A DNA stretch of 64,000 nucleotides, taken from positions 3,680,001 through 3,744,000 of the forward strand of contig OY759746.1 in assembly GCA_963662795.1 (NCBI GenBank). Direction: 5' to 3'. This DNA comes from Spirochaetia bacterium (GTDB lineage: Bacteria > Spirochaetota > Spirochaetia > CADAEX01). Both the position numbers and the translations under genes were made by a program. Positions 59,133 through 64,000 of the stretch are shown here, piece by piece. Numbering within the stretch: position 1 is the stretch's first letter; every line of letters starts with the position of its first letter. The notes under the pieces were generated by a model. The model searched no databases, was not told the DNA's origin, and saw only the letters and a program-made list of their open reading frames with translations.

Positions 59133-59891
59133 ATGAGCACCGATTACCAGATACCGATAATGATTAAAACAATGAAAGTAATTGATATTATTTCAGAAAA
59201 CAAGGATGGACTGACTTTCTCGGAAATTCTCCGTCATCTGAAATATCCAAAGACAACACTGTTCAGAATACTACAGACACTGGAATCACAGAACTGGATT
59301 TCAAAAAAATCTGATCATTATACTCTTGGATACATGGTCATCCATTATGGCCTTGCAGGTTTATCAGGAAGAGACATCAGGAGAATATCTCTTCCTTACC
59401 TTGAAGAACTGCGTGAACTTACGACAGAGACTACTCATCTTGCAGTTCTTTCAGGAAGAAAGAGCATGATAATTGAGATTATAGACAGTCAAAAACATAT
59501 AAAACCCTCGTCCCCGATGGGATCTCTCATAGATCTTTACTGTTCTGCACATGGAAAAGTCTTTTTAGCATATAAAATAAAGGAAGATCTGGAATCCTTC
59601 TATAAAAATACAGAACTGGTCAAAAGGACATCACATACTATTACGGATATACCGTCACTTATGGAAGAAACAAGAAAAATCCTGAAAAACGGCTATGCTG
59701 TGGATGATATGGAATATTATGATGATGTTCGGTGCCTGGCCGCACCGGTCTGGGGGAAAGACAACGAAGTTGTGGGAGCAGTGGGAATAACTGCTACCAC
59801 CAGGGACTTTACCAGGGATCTCATTCCGGTCATGGCAAAGCATGTAATATCTGCATCCCGTAATATTTCAAGGGAAATGGGCAGTATCTGA
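59133..59891 (+). CDS. IclR-family transcriptional regulator (KdgR-like by context)
   Basis: HTH PKTTLFRILQTL; ETTHLA, YCSAHGKVFLA, GYAVDDME, CLAAPV. Confidence 0.93.
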   Translation: MSTDYQIPIMIKTMKVIDIISENKDGLTFSEILRHLKYPKTTLFRILQTLESQNWISKKSDHYTLGYMVIHYGLAGLSGRDIRRISLPYLEELRELTTETTHLAVLSGRKSMIIEIIDSQKHIKPSSPMGSLIDLYCSAHGKVFLAYKIKEDLESFYKNTELVKRTSHTITDIPSLMEETRKILKNGYAVDDMEYYDDVRCLAAPVWGKDNEVVGAVGITATTRDFTRDLIPVMAKHVISASRNISREMGSI

Positions 59892-59912
59892 CTTACTCGG
59901 ATTAATTTTTAA

Positions 59913-59973
59913 TTGACAGCCCGGAGAAACTGAATTATCCTGAATTAATATATTATGAAACCTATTTTCAAAT
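59913..59973 (+). promoter_or_regulatory. Sigma70 promoter and KdgR-like operator of the TRAP-kdu operon
   Basis: TTGACA-N17-TATCCT at 59913-59941; operator TATGAAACCTATTTTCAAAT at 59954-59973 with core TGAAAC-N3-TTTTCA. Confidence 0.65.
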
Positions 59974-59991
59974 AGGAAACCAGGAGGTTTT

Positions 59992-61023
59992 ATGAAAAAA
60001 TTATTTTCACTATCCCTGATACTTGTGTTTTCTTCAGTATTACTCTTTGCGGGCGGAAGCAAGGAACCTGCAGCTGAGAAAATGGAAAAAAAAGAAGAAT
60101 CAAAAATCTATGTCTTCAAATATTCCAATTCACAGTCTGATAAAGCCCCGCGCAGCAAATCCATGCTTTTCTTCAAGGATACACTGGAAAAAGCAAGCAA
60201 TGGCCGGATACAGGTTGAATTGTATTTTAACGGTGTACTTGGAACCGAGGCAGAGGTTTTTGAAATGGTACAGCTGGGGACAGTACAGGGATGCCGCGGC
60301 GGGCTGTTTGAAAGGGCAAATAAAAAATTCCTGCTATATACTCTGCCTTTCATGTTTGAAAACGCGGAACAGGTTGTTAAGGTCATGAGAAGCGATTTTG
60401 GACAGAAGATCAATAAAGGCGCACTCGCCAATGGAGTTTATATTCCGGCAACAGGTGTCGCAGGCGGGATGAGAAATATAACAAACAGCGCGCGTCCGAT
60501 AAAAACCCCAGCTGACCTTGCAGGACTCAAGATGAGAACTCCCCCAATTGAATCCACTCTCCTGACTTTTCAGGCACTGGGAGCAAATCCACAACAGGTA
60601 GCATATACAGAAACCTATATGGCTCTTAAAAGCGGTGTAGTAGACGGACAGGAAAATCCATATTCGAATGCAGTTGATATGAAGTTTTATGAAGCACAGA
60701 AATATCTGTCTGTAGTTAACTGGCAGGTACATCCGGATCCTTTTTATGTCAATCCTGACTGGTACAACAGCCTTCCCGCAGACCTGAAAGCTGTTTTCAA
60801 TTCAGTTGCCGAAGCTACCATGCAGTACAGCGATACAATCTGGCTTAATTCTGAAGAAGGTTATTTTAACATTCTAAAGGAAAAACTGGCAGTTAATACT
60901 ATAACTCCCGAGGCAAGGGCACAGTTTGTAAACAAAGTACAAAGTGTATGGAAATATTATACTGATAAAAATTATTTCACACAGGCAGAAATTGACGAAG
61001 CTCTTGCTATTGCTTCTAAATAA
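59992..61023 (+). CDS. dctP: TRAP transporter substrate-binding protein DctP
   Basis: Spirochete-style FAGG leader; SNGRIQV, GMRNI, DLAGLKMR (carboxylate-binding Arg), GVVDGQENP, FYE. Confidence 0.95.
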   Translation: MKKLFSLSLILVFSSVLLFAGGSKEPAAEKMEKKEESKIYVFKYSNSQSDKAPRSKSMLFFKDTLEKASNGRIQVELYFNGVLGTEAEVFEMVQLGTVQGCRGGLFERANKKFLLYTLPFMFENAEQVVKVMRSDFGQKINKGALANGVYIPATGVAGGMRNITNSARPIKTPADLAGLKMRTPPIESTLLTFQALGANPQQVAYTETYMALKSGVVDGQENPYSNAVDMKFYEAQKYLSVVNWQVHPDPFYVNPDWYNSLPADLKAVFNSVAEATMQYSDTIWLNSEEGYFNILKEKLAVNTITPEARAQFVNKVQSVWKYYTDKNYFTQAEIDEALAIASK

Positions 61024-61050
61024 TATATTTTAGCAGGTATAGCAAAATCC

Positions 61051-61085
61051 GGCAGAACAGGATTAATACTGTTCTGCCTTTCTTT
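61051..61085 (+). terminator. Hairpin between dctP and dctQ (partial terminator or mRNA stabiliser)
   Basis: GGCAGAACAG-N8-CTGTTCTGCC followed by TTTCTTT. Confidence 0.7.
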
Positions 61086-61097
61086 AAGGACTGAAAC

Positions 61098-61592
61098 ATG
61101 AACTGGTTGCCAAATATTGAAAAAACAGCTGAAAGTATTATTGATTTTACAATTTCACTGTTTTTTACTGTTATCCTGGGAACAACAATATCCCTTGTAA
61201 TACTCCGCTATATTTTCAATTCCGGTATTTATGGAGGAAATGAACTGATAAGCTATCTTTTCGTCTATACAACCGCATTGGGAGCCGCAGTATCAATCGG
61301 CAGGGATGAACACATAAAAATTACTGTTTTTGTTAATCTAATGCCAAAGAAATTTCAAAAGATTGTAAATATTTTTTCAGTATTCCTTGTGGCATTTTTG
61401 AATCTTATACTTATTTTTTTAAGCATCCCATGGATTAAAAAAGTCGGCAATTTTGAATCTCCGACGCTGAGAATACCCAATGCCTGGGTACAGTTCGGCG
61501 TTCCCCTTGGGTGCGCAGCCGCAGTTATTTTTTGCATTTTCCGTATTATACATATTTTCAAGGGGGATAATAATGCAGATTCTATTAATTAG
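61098..61592 (+). CDS. dctQ: TRAP transporter small permease DctQ
   Basis: Four TM segments; RYIFN, EL..YLFVY, EHI and SPTL motifs. Confidence 0.93.
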   Translation: MNWLPNIEKTAESIIDFTISLFFTVILGTTISLVILRYIFNSGIYGGNELISYLFVYTTALGAAVSIGRDEHIKITVFVNLMPKKFQKIVNIFSVFLVAFLNLILIFLSIPWIKKVGNFESPTLRIPNAWVQFGVPLGCAAAVIFCIFRIIHIFKGDNNADSIN

Positions 61593-62850
61593 CTTTGTAT
61601 TCCTTCTTGTTATCGGAGTTCCAATTGCGTATGCTCTCGGCCTTTCAGGACTTGCCTATTTTCACTTTATCCATCCTGAACTGATATCGATTCTTCCCCA
61701 GAGACTCCTTTCAGGCATGGACTCATATGCCATGATCGCCCTGCCCCTTTTCATATTAATGGGACTGCTTATGAATGAAGGGGGGATTACCAAAAGATTA
61801 ATCAATTTCAGCCTGTTATTCGTTGGAAAAATGCGCGGAGGTCTTGGTCTTGTAAATGTTATTTCCAGCATGATTTTCGGAGGAATTTCGGGATCATCTG
61901 TAGCAGATACAGCTTCAATAGGAGCTGTACTGATTCCTGAAATGAAAAAAGAAGGCTATCCTCTCGAATTCTCAAGCGGGATAACAGTTGCTTCCTCCAC
62001 AATGGGTATGATAATTCCGCCAAGTGTCCCTATGGTCATTTATGCACTGATTGCGGATGAATCAGTGGGTAAACTCTTTTTAGGAAGCCTTATACCGGGA
62101 ATAATGATAGGGTTTCTTATGATCGGGATTACAATAATTATTTCATATTTAAAAAAATATCCCCGGGAGGAAATAAAACTAACCGGCATGGAAATTGTTG
62201 CACGGATCAGGCAGTCTCTTGTTGCCCTTATCATGCCTCTCTTTGTAATAGGAGCAGTGGTGGCAGGAATAGCAACGGCAACCGAATCAGCAGGAATCGG
62301 GGTTTTATACGCTTTGATAGTAGGCCTCTTTCTTTTCAAAGGTTTCAGCTTAAAACAGGTCCCGTCCCTGATAAGAAACTCAATTCAGACAAGCGCAAAT
62401 GTAATGATAATAATTGCTCTCTCAAAACTATATATATGGATTCTTGCAATTGAAAAAGTCCCGCAGATGCTGTCCCTTTTCATGGGCGGTCTTGATTCTC
62501 CGGTATGGATTATATTGGTAGTTGTCAATCTGGTTATTTTGCTTACTGGAACATTTGTTGATGTAAGTCCGGCCATTCTGCTGCTTGCTCCTGTACTGCT
62601 TCCTTCCATGGCTGTAATCGGTGTTTCATCAATTCAGTTCGGAGTTCTGCTTATCGCAGGCCTGGCCGTAGGCCTTGTAACCCCTCCGGTCGGGATGTGT
62701 TTAAATGTTGCTTCAGCAATATCGGGGCTGAAAATAACTACAATTTTTAAGGCAGCCGTACCTTTTCTGCTGGCAAACATTATTACACTCCTGGCAATTT
62801 CTTTTTTCCCCCAGGTTACACTCTGGCTTCCAGGGTTACTTATGAAATAA
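61573..62850 (+). CDS. dctM: TRAP transporter large permease DctM
   Basis: Start MQILLISF at 61573; GVPIA, ALPLF, FGGISGSS.AD, IIPPS, TATES, TPPVG. Confidence 0.95.
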   Translation: MQILLISFVFLLVIGVPIAYALGLSGLAYFHFIHPELISILPQRLLSGMDSYAMIALPLFILMGLLMNEGGITKRLINFSLLFVGKMRGGLGLVNVISSMIFGGISGSSVADTASIGAVLIPEMKKEGYPLEFSSGITVASSTMGMIIPPSVPMVIYALIADESVGKLFLGSLIPGIMIGFLMIGITIIISYLKKYPREEIKLTGMEIVARIRQSLVALIMPLFVIGAVVAGIATATESAGIGVLYALIVGLFLFKGFSLKQVPSLIRNSIQTSANVMIIIALSKLYIWILAIEKVPQMLSLFMGGLDSPVWIILVVVNLVILLTGTFVDVSPAILLLAPVLLPSMAVIGVSSIQFGVLLIAGLAVGLVTPPVGMCLNVASAISGLKITTIFKAAVPFLLANIITLLAISFFPQVTLWLPGLLMK

Positions 62851-62870
62851 TTTTTAAAAAGGATAAATAA

Positions 62871-63701
62871 ATGGACATTAGACATCCGGTTCACCCGGAA
62901 CATGGAAAAAATCTTGACACGGAGAAACTCAGGAAGGAGTTTCTTATAACAGGCCTCTTCAAAGACGATTCGGTAAATCTGACATACAGTCATGTTGACA
63001 GGATTATTGTCGGGGGCATCAAACCGGTAAAAAAAACACTTACACTAAGCGGCGGAAAGGAACTCGGCTCGGATTATTTTCTTGAAAGAAGGGAAATGGG
63101 TGTAATCAATGTCGGAGGCGCCGGCACGGTTACCGTAGACGGTAAAAAATATTCCCTTGAAAACGAAGACGGTATGTATATCGGCATGGGCTCAAAAGAA
63201 CTTCTTTTTTCTTCTTTGTCAGCGGAAAATCCGGCATATTTTTATTTAAACAGCACACCTGCCCATCATAAATATCCGGATGTAAAAATTGCGATTAAAG
63301 ATGCAAGGCCAGTTCAGATGGGAGATGATAAAACATCCAACCGCAGAACAATTTACCAATACCTTCACCCGGATGTACTTGAAACCTGCCAGCTCTCAAT
63401 GGGGCTTACCAAACTTGCCCCTGCCAATGTATGGAATACAATGCCTGTTCATACGCATGAAAGAAGAATGGAAGTATATTTTTATTTTAATATTCCGGAA
63501 AAAAATGTTGTTTTCCACCTGCTGGGGGAACCATCAGAGACACGCCATATTGTAGTCAGAAATCTTGAGGCAGTCATCAGTCCCAGCTGGTCAATTCATT
63601 CCGGAGTCGGTTCATCCAGTTATACATTTATATGGGGAATGGCAGGTGAAAATAAAACTTTCACTGACATGGATCATGTTGATATGGATACACTTAAATA
63701 G
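62871..63701 (+). CDS. kduI: 5-dehydro-4-deoxy-D-glucuronate isomerase
   Basis: [51 protein letters not shown]. Confidence 0.97.
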   Translation: MDIRHPVHPEHGKNLDTEKLRKEFLITGLFKDDSVNLTYSHVDRIIVGGIKPVKKTLTLSGGKELGSDYFLERREMGVINVGGAGTVTVDGKKYSLENEDGMYIGMGSKELLFSSLSAENPAYFYLNSTPAHHKYPDVKIAIKDARPVQMGDDKTSNRRTIYQYLHPDVLETCQLSMGLTKLAPANVWNTMPVHTHERRMEVYFYFNIPEKNVVFHLLGEPSETRHIVVRNLEAVISPSWSIHSGVGSSSYTFIWGMAGENKTFTDMDHVDMDTLK

Positions 63702-63712
63702 GAGTTTTTATT

Positions 63713-64000
63713 ATGATACTGGAAATTTTTTCTTTAAAGGGAAAAACAGCAATTGTCACCGGCGCGAGTACGGGACTGGGACAGGGAATAAGCTGCGGAC
63801 TGGCAGAAGCAGGTGCCTCAATAGTAGGAGTGGACTATGTAAAATCTGATGAGACCAAAGCGATTGTTGAAAAAGCAGGAGTTCCATATCTGGAGATAGT
63901 CGCTGATCTCATGACAATAAAACCTATTAATCAGATTATTGAAAATTCAGTGAGAAAATTCTCACATATTGATATTCTCGTCAACAATGCCGGTATTATA
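63713..64000 (+). CDS. kduD: 2-dehydro-3-deoxy-D-gluconate 5-dehydrogenase (runs off the window's right edge)
   Basis: Read by hand: MILEIFSLKGKTAIVTGASTGLGQG...DILVNNAGII, an SDR N-terminus directly after kduI. Confidence 0.88.
   Translation, partial: MILEIFSLKGKTAIVTGASTGLGQGISCGLAEAGASIVGVDYVKSDETKAIVEKAGVPYLEIVADLMTIKPINQIIENSVRKFSHIDILVNNAGII

Noticed and set aside
61480-61572. 5' extension of dctM in the ORF track
   Set aside because: It overlaps dctQ; the ATG at 61573 has an AGGGGG RBS and gives a typical DctM N-terminus

Overview
This AT-rich bacterial window is almost certainly from a spirochete (Spirochaetia). The evidence is the flaA-cheA-cheW(CheR-like fusion)-cheX-cheY block, a spiro-SPASM radical SAM gene, a short ~600-aa AlaRS and a second FliG. 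From 1 to 19 kb is an all-minus-strand signal-transduction array: at least 5 histidine kinases, 12 receiver domains, a receptor-less CheR/CheB pair, an orphan periplasmic binding protein, one HD-GYP and one NarL-type output, and a decayed cobalamin-binding gene. The array lies directly downstream of tRNA-Val(GAC). From 19 to 25 kb are the core chemotaxis genes and flaA. From 25 to 33.4 kb is an overlapping operon of spiro-SPASM, GT-like protein, SpsF-like cytidylyltransferase, PseG-like/methyltransferase fusion, ATP-grasp ligase, amidase and GerMN-like protein. From 33.5 to 49 kb are housekeeping genes (xseAB, hisB, rlmN, alaS, fliG-like, sppA, dapL). From 49 to 64 kb are lipoproteins, otnC-otnK, an LpoB-like pair, a CysRS paralog with rewired active-site residues beside two methyltransferases, and an IclR/TRAP/kduI/kduD sugar-acid locus. 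No integrase, transposase, CRISPR array or rRNA was seen. All calls come from motif recognition by eye; no database searches were run.
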